Positions 19,401-29,668 are shown, counted from the stretch's first letter. The stretch is DNA of 64,000 nucleotides from Candidatus Babeliales bacterium (GCA_963722255.1 CAVRJO010000002.1:256001-320000); one strand, 5' to 3'. Made by a program: numbers and translations. The notes: a model not told the origin generated them from the letters alone.

Positions 19401-21305
19401 ACTTTTGTCAGTAAAGCGCGCAACGAAAGCGATCAAGCCGACCAGTTTTTGCCTTTCTTTCAACAATTAATACAAGAAGATGAACCGTGCATTCATTTGG
19501 GACCCACCACCCACAAAAGATCTAATCAATCACAAGATTTTTTGCCCTTAGTTCAACAGTTGATACAAGAAGATCAACAAGAAAAAAGATTGCAGTTTAA
19601 CCAAGAAATAATGACGCAGGTAAGTTCAAAATCACCAACTTCGGATATTTTTAAAGCAGCACAACAAGTCGATGTTAGTTTTAAAATTTTGGATAGCTTG
19701 TTAACGCTTATGTATCATGATTTTATGAACGAAGGTCAACGCAAAAAGCATCCAGAGCTTGCAACAATTACAGGCAATGATGATAAATATTGCATTAAAA
19801 ATAATGCTGCATTAACACGATATTTACAAAATTATTCTTCAAAGCATGATTCAGAACATAAACAAGGTGACTATCTTCCCTACCACTTAAAATATAATAC
19901 ATTCTATAAACTGAGAAGAGCACTTGGTACTATTACTAAAACACACTTTCAACCCCAGTTTAAGGCTGTAACACAAGTGATTGATAACATTAATATGCTT
20001 GTTGCTAATTATACAAAGAGAAAAATTACGCCAGGAACAATAGCAATAGCCCCCAAAAAAATTCATGAAGACTCTCAGTTATTGGCAATTGTAATCCAGC
20101 AAATTAAAGAAAAAGATAAAAAAATTGATCAACTCATACAAAGCAACGAAGAGCTCGAACAAAGTAATAAAAAGCTCGCAACAGAAACAAAAGGACTTAA
20201 ACAAGAAGTCGCAGGATTGAATGAACAGATGCAGAAGATGATGGCATTGTTAATAGCTATGAACAATGGAAAACAAACAACCGACAATCTTTCTAATGTT
20301 TATCTTGCTCAAAAACCTTCTGTTGTTGATAGAAAATCTTCACCTTCGCGATACATTATTAAATCCTATATAACTCATGTAAAAAGAGTTAAACAGCAAG
20401 TAGCAGCGGAATGCGGTTATCATGCACTTTTCAATGCATTAGGATGTTTTACAAGCGATATTTTATTTGAACAGTTTATGCAAGAAAATAAGCAACACAT
20501 TAAAGACTCCCGTCATTCTGCTGATGATCAATGGTTAAGCGAAGATGAGGTTGCCGCTTTAGTACAAAAAAACAAAACAGAAACAATGAACATCACGGTG
20601 ATTCCTGATATTACACGCTATAAAGATGGTAAAAGTGGACTTGAACATTCTGTCTTGGTTGCTTTTGCTCAATCGCAAGCTGCTCTAGGAAACAGACCGG
20701 AATTGTATAAACATGTTTTTATACTGCGCACGGGAAAAACAGACGAAACAAGAACTCACTGGGTTGCTGTTGAACAAACGATAAAAAAGGATAGTACTAC
20801 AGAGTATGCGATTATGAATTCACTACCCGGTCATGCTTATAAAGAATATGTAACTATGCTTCAAGATATCTTACATAACCGCGACAACCAATATGCCATT
20901 TCAGTATTCGATCCAATGGTTGAAGAAACACTATCATATGCAATTTCTCAGTTACACTTAAGTACGATTTTTAAAGCACGATCATATGCCCGCACGGGCG
21001 AATCAAAGGCTTCTGATTATCGAATTGTTGATAAAAATCATGAAAAGATTGTTGATGATATTCTTCAAGCTGCACAACAACTGCTTGATATAACAGAAGG
21101 TTTAAGCTTTTGGTCAACTTGTGGACATATTGAACCAAACATATCAGTTCTAGATGCACTTAGCCATATAGTGGATTGTGATGGTGAAGCTCTTACTTAT
21201 AAAAATAGTATTGATGATAAAGAAGAACATAAAACTGTTTTACACATAACAAATGAGCAAAACCGACATATCGAAAATCTTATAAGTTCATTAGAGAATC
21301 TTTAA
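16416..21305 (+). CDS. Large secreted multidomain protein with a C-terminal Josephin-like cysteine protease domain
   Basis: Signal peptide, hydrophobic Gly/Ala-rich segment, coiled coils, KQQ..ECGYHALFNAL...HWVAV...MNSL. Confidence 0.75.
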   Translation: MHNRSKLILIPLFPLFFQLFAMEKELGNDFYLSQLEKQVQPALGHRLYVPGFNSSIKESKDKKKQEDQSQLDPFKSQPFKHLKYQNKAVGKVTKFSDNFSEGVSSHDQPMSLDSFISGLANVSANIIITRAVGPYASAAISACSEAKYLREKFDELNTEISNNAITDNWCTMNLGCTYQESIEALRVVLSAAEKLDQQKRKVIETHKAKLRQFADFVLEGYKSAQENYPELFKTKVKKDNSLRISNIPEFDLEKSHQEYWAQHQRDIQQFEKESKVRIATSKSKKPANSKSQKTSAKKDSNSKNAAATDTPQMLTPEMLEEHAKIFAEQIKKLDALSKYNEFKSEMEYQETMGNIAGGFNGIAAIAGIFGHKKEAYAIRTFGAAGIQAVDSMRTIMQKGLAGAGIHPYVGILMAVEGLCELMFQEEDDSQAKNTEAIINAITQGIMHLSQQMYQMREEMREQFEEVRKRDTKHHFIVLEKFFALHLDQKNILHNLQDLHNYIAHNHKAIQSGLEALHARVDSNFRMTLDNLNGLRVEDIDDDIQEALLLPDDASPEEFGKCIQNLFIKGTSRASADSLTGGSIDIHSPTALQTTLEGPIVQQNIFGHPAFPNVNLLSRYLEGNFNNFKHEKLVNPLIWIKCVDTIVPMLSQKLARDKEYPPTKNMKDSDIEKLLLLKKQGKKIRAFINRVYENNYLEKIAQKYYKALSQLSAAVQQEQENFEKKGKKLLRRELSATIEAEKSKTNGIVNSYECKKCVEYITNALKNAKTANAYTVQVQGAGYSCPTYLKGQSKRIDYKESKLITVEDVHQPSENFKRIYEEYLDERQAKNESLLKATKVDLEQSSFKPIGDGMSTLIYPAGQNSDLPKLMRPRQPLPINPLYIIAENKGLGIITHTYHLTDERFHLESFFCFKTDDPKIKILHLSLEHDFQKEMYTLNENINHFWEGGRFPKSIDTFTTNGVYPSSAFTVRFDGALGLISSGYFPPDCPYPAARDTFVSKARNESDQADQFLPFFQQLIQEDEPCIHLGPTTHKRSNQSQDFLPLVQQLIQEDQQEKRLQFNQEIMTQVSSKSPTSDIFKAAQQVDVSFKILDSLLTLMYHDFMNEGQRKKHPELATITGNDDKYCIKNNAALTRYLQNYSSKHDSEHKQGDYLPYHLKYNTFYKLRRALGTITKTHFQPQFKAVTQVIDNINMLVANYTKRKITPGTIAIAPKKIHEDSQLLAIVIQQIKEKDKKIDQLIQSNEELEQSNKKLATETKGLKQEVAGLNEQMQKMMALLIAMNNGKQTTDNLSNVYLAQKPSVVDRKSSPSRYIIKSYITHVKRVKQQVAAECGYHALFNALGCFTSDILFEQFMQENKQHIKDSRHSADDQWLSEDEVAALVQKNKTETMNITVIPDITRYKDGKSGLEHSVLVAFAQSQAALGNRPELYKHVFILRTGKTDETRTHWVAVEQTIKKDSTTEYAIMNSLPGHAYKEYVTMLQDILHNRDNQYAISVFDPMVEETLSYAISQLHLSTIFKARSYARTGESKASDYRIVDKNHEKIVDDILQAAQQLLDITEGLSFWSTCGHIEPNISVLDALSHIVDCDGEALTYKNSIDDKEEHKTVLHITNEQNRHIENLISSLENL

Positions 21306-21313
21306 TCTATGAC

Positions 21314-21384
21314 TTGACGTTAAAAACCCAGAAAAGCTATAATAAAAGCCAAAGGTAAGGTTTTTTCTGACCTTTGGCTTTTAT
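21314..21384 (+). promoter_or_regulatory. Sigma70 promoter and 15-bp inverted repeat (probable AbiEi operator, or terminator of the upstream gene)
   Basis: TTGACG-18-TATAAT (21314-21343); ATAAAAGCCAAAGGT...ACCTTTGGCTTTTAT (21342-21384). Confidence 0.65.
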
Positions 21385-21408
21385 TTATAGTACTATGGAG
21401 GAATTCAT

Positions 21409-22002
21409 ATGAAAAGAAATTTTTTGCAAGAACTATTGCGATCACCGGAAACAGTATTTTCTTTTAAAGAGCTGTTGCTCAGATTCAGAACCACAGATGT
21501 TCAAACGCTTAAATCCAAATTAAATTACCATGTAAAAAATGGGGATTTACATCATATTCGTCGTGGTCTCTATTCAAAAGATGCCAATTATAATCACTTA
21601 GAATTAGCAACAAAAATCTTAACGCCATCTTATATAAGCTTTGAAACAGTTCTTAGTTCAGCAGGAATCATTTTTCAATATTATAGTCAAATATTTGTTG
21701 CTTCATATCAATCAAGAGATATCATGTGCGATGGAACGACCTATACATTTAGAACAATAAAATCTGCGATCCTTACAAATTCACTGGGAGTTGAAATAGT
21801 TCAAACATACAGTATTGCTACACCCGAAAGAGCTTTTTTAGACAGTATATATTTGAATAAAAATTATCATTTTGACAATCTTCAGCCATTGAATTGGGAT
21901 AAAGTCTATGAGATAGTACCAATATATAAAAATAAAAATATGCAAAAAAGAGTTGATCTGTACTATGATTCATTTAAAAAAGAAGTAGGAAAACTCTCAT
22001 GA
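21409..22002 (+). CDS. Type IV toxin-antitoxin antitoxin, AbiEi family
   Basis: IRRGLY, PSYISFETVL, IATPERAFLD motifs. Confidence 0.88.
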   Translation: MKRNFLQELLRSPETVFSFKELLLRFRTTDVQTLKSKLNYHVKNGDLHHIRRGLYSKDANYNHLELATKILTPSYISFETVLSSAGIIFQYYSQIFVASYQSRDIMCDGTTYTFRTIKSAILTNSLGVEIVQTYSIATPERAFLDSIYLNKNYHFDNLQPLNWDKVYEIVPIYKNKNMQKRVDLYYDSFKKEVGKLS

Positions 22003-22700
22003 CAATAGACATAATCACTCATAAAACTATTCTTATTAAGATCCTTAAAGACATTTTTACTGAGCCAAACATAGCACAATATTTAGGGTTTAAAGGCGGG
22101 ACTGCGGTTCTTTTATTTTATAATTTGAGTCGTTTTTCAGTTGACCTCGATTTTGACCTTTTGGATAAAGAAAAAGAAGATCTTGTTTTTACTACGATCA
22201 ATGAAATTTTAATAAAACATGGCCAAGTCAAAGCACAAAAAAAAAGGTATAGTTTATTTTTTTTATTGTCATATAAAGATAAATCATATGGTGCTCAAAA
22301 TATAAAAGTAGAAATCAATAAAAGATCTTTTGGATCAAGATACGAAGTAAAACAATATTTAGGTATAGCTATGCAAGTCATGGTTAAAGAAGATATGGCC
22401 GCTAATAAATTGGTAGCAATGCATGAAAGAATTGGTAAAACTAATCGTGATATTTTTGATGTTTGGTTCTTCTTACATAATAATTGGCCTATTAACAAAA
22501 AAATCGTTGAATTAAGAACCAATATGACCTACAAAGCTTTTTTGCAAATATGTATCAATGATCTTGAAAAGATGAGTAATCGCAACATATTATCTGGTAT
22601 AGGTGAACTTTTAGATGAAAAACAAAAAGTTTGGGCAAAATCAAAATTGATACCAGAAACCTTATTTCTATTAAAATTGGCCCTTAGCAATGAAAATTAA
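21999..22700 (+). CDS. Type IV toxin-antitoxin toxin, AbiEii nucleotidyltransferase
   Basis: FKGGT, RFSVDLDFD, KL.A..R...RDIFD; ATGA overlap with the antitoxin. Confidence 0.92.
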   Translation: MTIDIITHKTILIKILKDIFTEPNIAQYLGFKGGTAVLLFYNLSRFSVDLDFDLLDKEKEDLVFTTINEILIKHGQVKAQKKRYSLFFLLSYKDKSYGAQNIKVEINKRSFGSRYEVKQYLGIAMQVMVKEDMAANKLVAMHERIGKTNRDIFDVWFFLHNNWPINKKIVELRTNMTYKAFLQICINDLEKMSNRNILSGIGELLDEKQKVWAKSKLIPETLFLLKLALSNEN

Positions 22701-22866
22701 TAACATTTTAGAACCTAATAAACTCATGAGGTACCGGCTAATTTTTGAAGTTAATTACACTTTAATAAGCACAGGGCAAACGCATCAAAAATTCAGGTTT
22801 TAAGCTTACTATATTAACATAAGATTATTGTGATTTATCAAAGCAAAGTTAACAAATTAACCACAA

Positions 22867-23047
22867 TGTCATCACGAGGAACACAGTGACGTGGTGACCC
22901 AGTGATTAAAATGAGAAGTCTTCATAACTGGGTTGCCCAGCCTCCACTTATCCACGCCTTCAGGCTTGGCAAGTTTCGGCGGGCAGGCCGCGCCCGCTTT
23001 GCGTGTCCGAGCGAAGCCTTGGCGAAGTCGAATCGCTCGCAATGACA
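22867..23047. repeat. GC-rich nested palindromic REP/RPE-like element, family B
   Basis: Termini TGTCATCACGAG...CTCGCAATGACA, internal ACCCAGT/ACTGGGT arms and extra GC-rich hairpins within AT-rich intergenic DNA. Confidence 0.75.
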
Positions 23048-23275
23048 ATCGTGAATTTAGCTGCCGTTCCAAACGTATTTTTCTCTCATTAATTCAATCT
23101 TTATAGTGCGGTTGCCCTGTTGCATATATGCCTTGAATTAGGCAGTTCTCAACATCTTTAGATTATTACCTATTATGTAGAATCAATCAGAATTCTGCTA
23201 TCTTGATTTAGATGATTTTTTATATATACTTGTATATAAGTTTGTATATAAATATTTATAAAATAGAGGTATATT

Positions 23276-23830
23276 ATGGCATCCCCCGCGCGTTTATTAG
23301 TATTAGGAATCCTTAACTTCGAGCCCGAAAAACCAAAAAATGGCTATGAAATATTACAAACTTTGGTTTCATGGGACGCAGAAAATTGGACAACAATTAC
23401 CTATGGCTCTATCCATTTTGCGCTAAAAAAAATGGCGCAAGAAGGGTTAGTTAGAATTACCAATGATTCAACTATAGAAGATTCAGGCTGTATCCTCTAC
23501 CAGATAACTCCTGAAGGCCAAGAAGAATTTAAAAAAAGGTTACGCCAACAATGGTGGGAGGTTAAGCCGCACATCGATTCTCTTCAAGTAGCTGTGGTGT
23601 TTATGCATCAAATGCCAAGAGAAGACCTTTTATTGGCTTTAGAACATCGCGAACAACAGTTAAATTATATGGTTAAATCGATGAAATACCTTATTCCAGT
23701 TAAAATGGAAAGGACTGGAGCTCCACGACATATAGAAGAGTTGTTTGCCATTACTGAAGCACATATGAATACTGAGCTTGCTTGGATTGAAAAGGTAAAA
23801 AATAAGATTCATAACAACCAATTGCCCTAA
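23276..23830 (+). CDS. PadR-family transcriptional regulator
   Basis: RLLVLGIL..NGYEI..YGSIHFALKKM..EGLV..YQITPEGQEEF. Confidence 0.92.
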   Translation: MASPARLLVLGILNFEPEKPKNGYEILQTLVSWDAENWTTITYGSIHFALKKMAQEGLVRITNDSTIEDSGCILYQITPEGQEEFKKRLRQQWWEVKPHIDSLQVAVVFMHQMPREDLLLALEHREQQLNYMVKSMKYLIPVKMERTGAPRHIEELFAITEAHMNTELAWIEKVKNKIHNNQLP

Positions 23831-23866
23831 TTTTTAGTTTATATAAGTCGTAATGGAAGGCTATTT

Positions 23867-26480
23867 ATGTTAAGAAAAAATTTTGTTTGTACTATTTGTA
23901 AAGATGTCATATCCGTTATTCGTAAACCAGATACTATTCTCGTTCATGGTGCAAAAGAGCGCAATTTAAAAAATATTTGTTTTGAATTTCCCAAAGGCAA
24001 ATTAATTGCATTAACGGGACCCTCAGGGTCAGGTAAATCCTCTATTGCAACGGGCATCTTGCAAAAAGAATGCATACGGCAATATTTGGAATCACTGGGC
24101 ATGGTTACGGATCATATAGAAAAAGCAAAAGTAGATATAATTATGGGGCTATCCCCTTCTATTGGCGTTACGCAGCGAGTAACGGATTTTAACCCCCGTT
24201 CCACGGTCGGCACAAGATCAGGTATTCTTACCATTTTAAGGAATATGTTTGCGGCTATGGGGCATCAGCCGTGTACAGGTTGTGGAAAAATCGTCAAACA
24301 ACCCTTGCAAGACAAAAATAAATTAACAACCATTGAGATAGAAAAAGATGAAACAAGTTCTTCTTCAAAGAAAATAAAAAAAAGCTATTTTAATTGTCCG
24401 CATTGTTGCCGGCAGCTAGAAAAATTGAAAATGAATCATTTTTCATTCAATGCGTTAGCGGGAGCTTGTGAGACTTGTAAAGGAGTCGGCCAAATCATCA
24501 GCGTTGATCTATCGCGTTTACTTAACGAAGAAAAAACGATGAGAAACGGCGGAGCGGATTTTTGGGGCGAATCGCTTGCAAAGTATTACGAGAGCGTTAT
24601 CCTTGCTGCAAGTAAGCATTATAATTTTCCCTTTGATCCAGCTATTCCAATAAAGAATTATACTAAAGAACAGAGAAATTTTTTACTTTATGGAATCACG
24701 TTTCCAGATTTTGTAAAGGCATACAAGAATATCCAAACGCCTAAAAAAGTGAGTGAAGGAAATTTTGAAGGTATAATTCCGCATTTACTCAATCTCTATA
24801 AGAAGAATCCTGCAAATGCTTCAAATGATGTCAAGAAATATATTGTACATGAGCCGTGTACCGAGTGTAAAAATTCACGGTTGGCAAGACTTGGAAGAGA
24901 AGTAACAGTCAGTGGAAAAACTATTATTGATCTGGTCGGACTTAATCTACGTGAACTGCTCCAATGGATACAAGAGTTGGATCACCATGTTCCAGAGGAT
25001 GAATTGCAAGTTCTTTCAGCCCTTTCAGGCGCATTGAAAGAACGAACATCACATTTAATTGAAGTTGGGCTGGATTATCTAACATTAGAACGTACACTTC
25101 CTTCGCTTTCAGCAGGAGAGTCTCAACGAGTAAGGTTAGCTGGTTTACTTGGTAGCGGTCTTACCGGAGTTTTATATGTTCTTGATGAACCAACCACAGG
25201 TCTACATCCTCATGATAATGCAAAATTATTAAAAACAATGAGGATGATACAAGAAACCGGCAACACCGTTTTAATCATTGAACATGACATGGATATTGTT
25301 AAGCATGCTGATTACATACTCGATGTAGGGCCTGGAGGAGGCAGCAAAGGCGGGAAAATCGTGGTTTCTGGCACACCCGCTGATGTTATGGCTTGTGAAA
25401 CATCTATTACTGGCACCTATTTGGCTAAAAAAGCGGCTATTAAACTAAATCATCCTTCTGCGAAAAAATAAAGCTTTAATTATACGTGGTGCTTGCGAAC
25501 ATAATCTACGAAATATTGACGTTAGTATTCCTATAAAGCAGCTTGTTGTAATGACCGGTGTATCCGGTTCAGGAAAATCAACGCTCCTATTTGATATTTT
25601 GGATAAAGTGGCAAGAAAGCATTTCAATCATGCAAGTGAAGTTCCGGGAAAATATGCTTCTGTTGAAGGCTTAGATTATTTTAATCGCGTAGTAACCGTC
25701 GACCAAGTCACGATAGGCAGCTCAAAATCAACACGTTCCAATGTAGCAACCTATACAAAACTTTTTGATTTGATTCGAGATTTATTTGCTTCTATGCCGG
25801 AAGCAAAAGCTCGTAGCTTTAGTGCGGAGACATTTTCCTTCAATACATCCGATGAACGCTGTGAGAACTGTAATGGCGCAGGCGTAGTAGATGTTGACAT
25901 GACCTTCATGCCTGATATTGAAACAGAATGTCCTGTCTGCAATGGGATGCGATTCACTGATGAACTGTTATCAATACAATTTCAAGGACATACTATCGCG
26001 AACATTTTAGATATGACGATAAGCGATGCTATCCCCCTCTTTAGGCAAGAAAAGAAGATTTTTGCACTCCTAGATTTAATGAGACAAGTTGGTTTAGAAT
26101 ATTTGACATTAGGGCAGTCTACTTCGACATTATCAGGAGGAGAAGCGCAACGAATAAAATTGGCGACTGAACTATCCAAATCTGAAACGGGAAATACGTT
26201 GTACTTATTGGATGAGCCAACAACAGGATTGCACCCACAGGAAGTGGAAAAATTGCTTAATATCTTGAGAAAGCTAGTATCCAAAGGAAATACGGTGGTA
26301 GCAATTGAGCATAACTTAGATGTTATTTGTAATGCGGATACGATTATTGATTTTGGTCCAGGTGGTGGGCTTGCAGGTGGAAAAATTGTTGCAACAGGTA
26401 CACCTCAAGAAATTATTGCAAATAAAGATTCGTTAACTGGGCAATGCTTGAAGGCTTATATAGCAGATAATCAATCATAA
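23867..26480 (+). CDS. UvrA-like (class II / DrrC-like) ATPase, split by a frameshift near 25450-25471
   Basis: Two ABC modules (GPSGSGKS..LSAGESQR..LDEPTTGLH; GVSGSGKS..LSGGEAQR) and zinc fingers. The second frame is open upstream of its ATG (KALIIRGACEHNLRNIDV). Confidence 0.88.
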
Positions 26481-26650
26481 TATTGTCTATGCTAATCAAT
26501 ATTATTCCTTAACATTTGCTGAAAAAGTATTTACCAATCGACAACAAGAGCTGCATGAACATTTGTATTCTGTTTGTTTTAAGTTAGCAAAGATTCATGA
26601 AGAACGCTCAGCTTTACGTGATCAAGGAAACAAATAAACACTTATTTTCA

Positions 26651-29053
26651 TCAATCTTTTTTACGACTTTGAGCTCGTTTAGCTTGTGATGCTTTTGATC
26701 GCCTTAATCTCTTAGCATAATCCGTTTCCTTCAATTTCTTAACAACTTCCTTTGCTTGTTCTTCTATAAAGCGCTTTTGTCGCTTAGCTTTCATGTGCGC
26801 TTCTTTTGATTCCCTTAATTTTTCAGCATATCCAATCTCCTCCAATTGCTTAACAGCTCCCTTTGCTTTCTCTTGTATAAATTTCTGATTATGAGCTTCT
26901 ACCATTGTTTTAATTTCTTGTGGCAGATCGTTATAGCCAAGCTTAATAAGAGGATCGATAGAAATAAATTTATCTTTTGCTAGATCTATCGATCTGAAAA
27001 TATAATATATTAGTAACGCCTGATCTAAGGGAACATAGGGTTGATTAAGAAAAGAAAGAATTAATACTGGGGAAATATCAAGACACAACAGTTTATTTTC
27101 ATTAACTGTAGCATATAAAAAATTATTTTTTAATGTTAAAAATTTACTTTCATATTCAGAAACATTTTTTGAATATTCAAATTCTGATAACATTCTTCCT
27201 GTATTTCGATCAAAGAAATTAATTAAAAAATCACCAGATAAAGCTACATCAAAAGGACTACGATATAATCCACATGCTAAAATAGAGGGTGATACAAAAT
27301 ACACATCAACTACTCTTTGTCCTTTAGAAATATTCCTCTTCCATAGCTCTTTTTTTGTAGACAAATCAATACACATGATCGTATTGTCAGCAGTTGCAAT
27401 AAAGATTTCCTGGCCATCTGGCGAAAAAAGAGTTCCCCGCACAATAATTGGCCGCGCCCATACCGCGTGCTGAGCATTCACATTAAGAACAACAACAATT
27501 GCTTCCCTTTTTGATACCACTGAAAACAGGCTATTATCTTTTGAAAAGGAGCCTATATAAGGAACGTTAGAAAGTGGCTTTTTAAATGGCCAGGCTATAG
27601 CCCCTTCATCGTTGAAACTATTTTCCACCCTCACTAGTTCTTGAGAAAGGGAGATAATTTTTTTTCCATTAGGCGAAATATAATAACGCTCTATAGCAGT
27701 ATTTGCCTTAATTTTAATGGTATGACCGTTAGTAATATCAAGGATCCAATATGACCTCAACTCCTCAGGCCATTTCATCAATGCAAGGCTTAATGTTTTT
27801 GAATCTGAATCGTAATAACTATTTTCGGCAATTTGGCCTCTTTCTGGAAATGGTTTTTCAAATACCACGTTGCCAGTGCCAGCATCTAATACCATTATCT
27901 TTCCGCTTTTACGATCTTCCATAACAATTCGATTAACATCAGAAAAAAATCTCAAAGGCCGTACTGTTGGGAAATCAAAAGAATTTGTAGTCTTTAAAAG
28001 CTCACCATTCTTAACATCAAATATTGTTATTGGTGATGGTAATTCATGATAAAGTAAGATTTTCGAACTATCCGACGAAAACAGGAGATTGCCAAAAATA
28101 TAGGGTTTTTTCCATAACAAGAGATTTGTTGCGATATCTATAACTAGCATTGTAAGATTTTTTGCTTTTATAATCATTGTCTTTACATCAGGAGATATAA
28201 TTATTTTTCCGTTATATTCCCTCTCCCAAACACGTTTTATTATTGATTCTGGTAAGATTTTAAAAATTGATTTCGCTTCAGCGCATATTTTTTGAGATAG
28301 AGGAATTTGCATTTCTTCTGGCAATCCTTGCACGAGATTAAGATAATGATGCAGTTTTTTTTCTGTATTAATAGCTTTTAAACGCTCTAATAAAAGAGTT
28401 CTATATTTTTTTAGTAACTTCTTGCTATCTAAATAGTTTGCTGTATTAAGCATATCAATTAGATTTTCATCAGATAACGGATCAACATCATACGGAATAT
28501 TCGTTAAATCTTTATGAACATATTCAAAAATAGACACAAACTCATTAGGAATTGGTATTGGAATAGTATAATCTTCTACATCATTAAGAATATTTTTGAG
28601 CGTTACCGACTTCTTTGCTTTCGCTAACGACAAAACGTACTCAACCTCACCAACGATAATGGTAATATCAATTCCTCGATCAGTAATAACTTCAGAATAT
28701 TTCTCAATCAATTGTGGAATTTTTAAAATCGATGCTCCAGCCAATAAACGATTTATCATTGTATCATCAAGATCATTCTCATCATACTTTTGGCCGACTA
28801 AATCTTTATAAATATATGCAAAAACCTCTGGAGAAATGGTATCCGATAAGTCGAGAGGCACTTCAAAGTCTTTATGCCTTCTCATCATAGCTGCTAAAAT
28901 TTCTGATTTCCGAGCCTGATTCTTAGTTAATTCATAACTACGATCACCAACTTTGATTTTAACACTTTCTTCCTGCTTCTCCATTGCATAAAAAACAGAA
29001 ACAAAAAATAAAAAACTGCTGAACACACTTATAATTCTTTTACTATTCATCAC
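26651..29053 (-). CDS. Secreted protein with two Skp1/BTB-like domains and a WD40/PQQ-like beta-propeller
   Basis: KKSVTLKNILND..IPIP..LIDMLNTANYLD (Skp1-like, duplicated); repeated ISPDV/FSSDS/ISPNG/FSPDG..LW blades. Confidence 0.78.
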   Translation of the reverse strand: MMNSKRIISVFSSFLFFVSVFYAMEKQEESVKIKVGDRSYELTKNQARKSEILAAMMRRHKDFEVPLDLSDTISPEVFAYIYKDLVGQKYDENDLDDTMINRLLAGASILKIPQLIEKYSEVITDRGIDITIIVGEVEYVLSLAKAKKSVTLKNILNDVEDYTIPIPIPNEFVSIFEYVHKDLTNIPYDVDPLSDENLIDMLNTANYLDSKKLLKKYRTLLLERLKAINTEKKLHHYLNLVQGLPEEMQIPLSQKICAEAKSIFKILPESIIKRVWEREYNGKIIISPDVKTMIIKAKNLTMLVIDIATNLLLWKKPYIFGNLLFSSDSSKILLYHELPSPITIFDVKNGELLKTTNSFDFPTVRPLRFFSDVNRIVMEDRKSGKIMVLDAGTGNVVFEKPFPERGQIAENSYYDSDSKTLSLALMKWPEELRSYWILDITNGHTIKIKANTAIERYYISPNGKKIISLSQELVRVENSFNDEGAIAWPFKKPLSNVPYIGSFSKDNSLFSVVSKREAIVVVLNVNAQHAVWARPIIVRGTLFSPDGQEIFIATADNTIMCIDLSTKKELWKRNISKGQRVVDVYFVSPSILACGLYRSPFDVALSGDFLINFFDRNTGRMLSEFEYSKNVSEYESKFLTLKNNFLYATVNENKLLCLDISPVLILSFLNQPYVPLDQALLIYYIFRSIDLAKDKFISIDPLIKLGYNDLPQEIKTMVEAHNQKFIQEKAKGAVKQLEEIGYAEKLRESKEAHMKAKRQKRFIEEQAKEVVKKLKETDYAKRLRRSKASQAKRAQSRKKD

Positions 29054-29173
29054 TATCCCCTACATTATTTACCATCAAATTATTGTTTTGTAGTATAATA
29101 AGGAATTGAATACCCAATTTGCAATGAAAAAAAACAGAATAAGAAGTATTTAATCCTTTATTTTGGAGTAGCG

Positions 29174-29668
29174 ATGGCTATTATAAGAACTTTTTTTGAT
29201 ATTTTTAAGAGTATTATTCATGCAATTATTAAGTACTTTGAAAAAATTTTTGATAAAAAATCAAGCACAGATCAACCTCAAAAAAACGAATTGGTTCAAA
29301 GTGGAACTCGTAACATACAGGTTAATGGCAATAGCAATACAATTACAGCGTATGTTTCTCTTGAACCAAAGTATATTGATCAGCATAATGCTGCAGAAAA
29401 GATTCGTTCTACAATTAGAAGTGCTAAATATCAAATAAACTCTTATTTCAGTAAATCACCACCGTATGCAGGAAATATTCAATCGAGCTGGCATAAAGAT
29501 AAGTCCAAATTAATAGAGTCTATTAAAACTAATGCTTCACAGTTTAGTTCAAATGATCAAGAAGAACATGTAAAATTAGCTAAACAATTAATGAAAGCGT
29601 CTTTAGATAATAAAAGTGAAATTAACGATATTTTTACTCAGATAGAATCATTATTAAATAAGTATTAG
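29174..29668 (+). CDS. Hypothetical protein
   Basis: 164-aa ORF with GGAG RBS. Confidence 0.6.
   Translation: MAIIRTFFDIFKSIIHAIIKYFEKIFDKKSSTDQPQKNELVQSGTRNIQVNGNSNTITAYVSLEPKYIDQHNAAEKIRSTIRSAKYQINSYFSKSPPYAGNIQSSWHKDKSKLIESIKTNASQFSSNDQEEHVKLAKQLMKASLDNKSEINDIFTQIESLLNKY

Noticed and set aside
22872..23072. 66-aa ORF
   Set aside because: Coincides with a palindromic repeat; no RBS or protein-like features.
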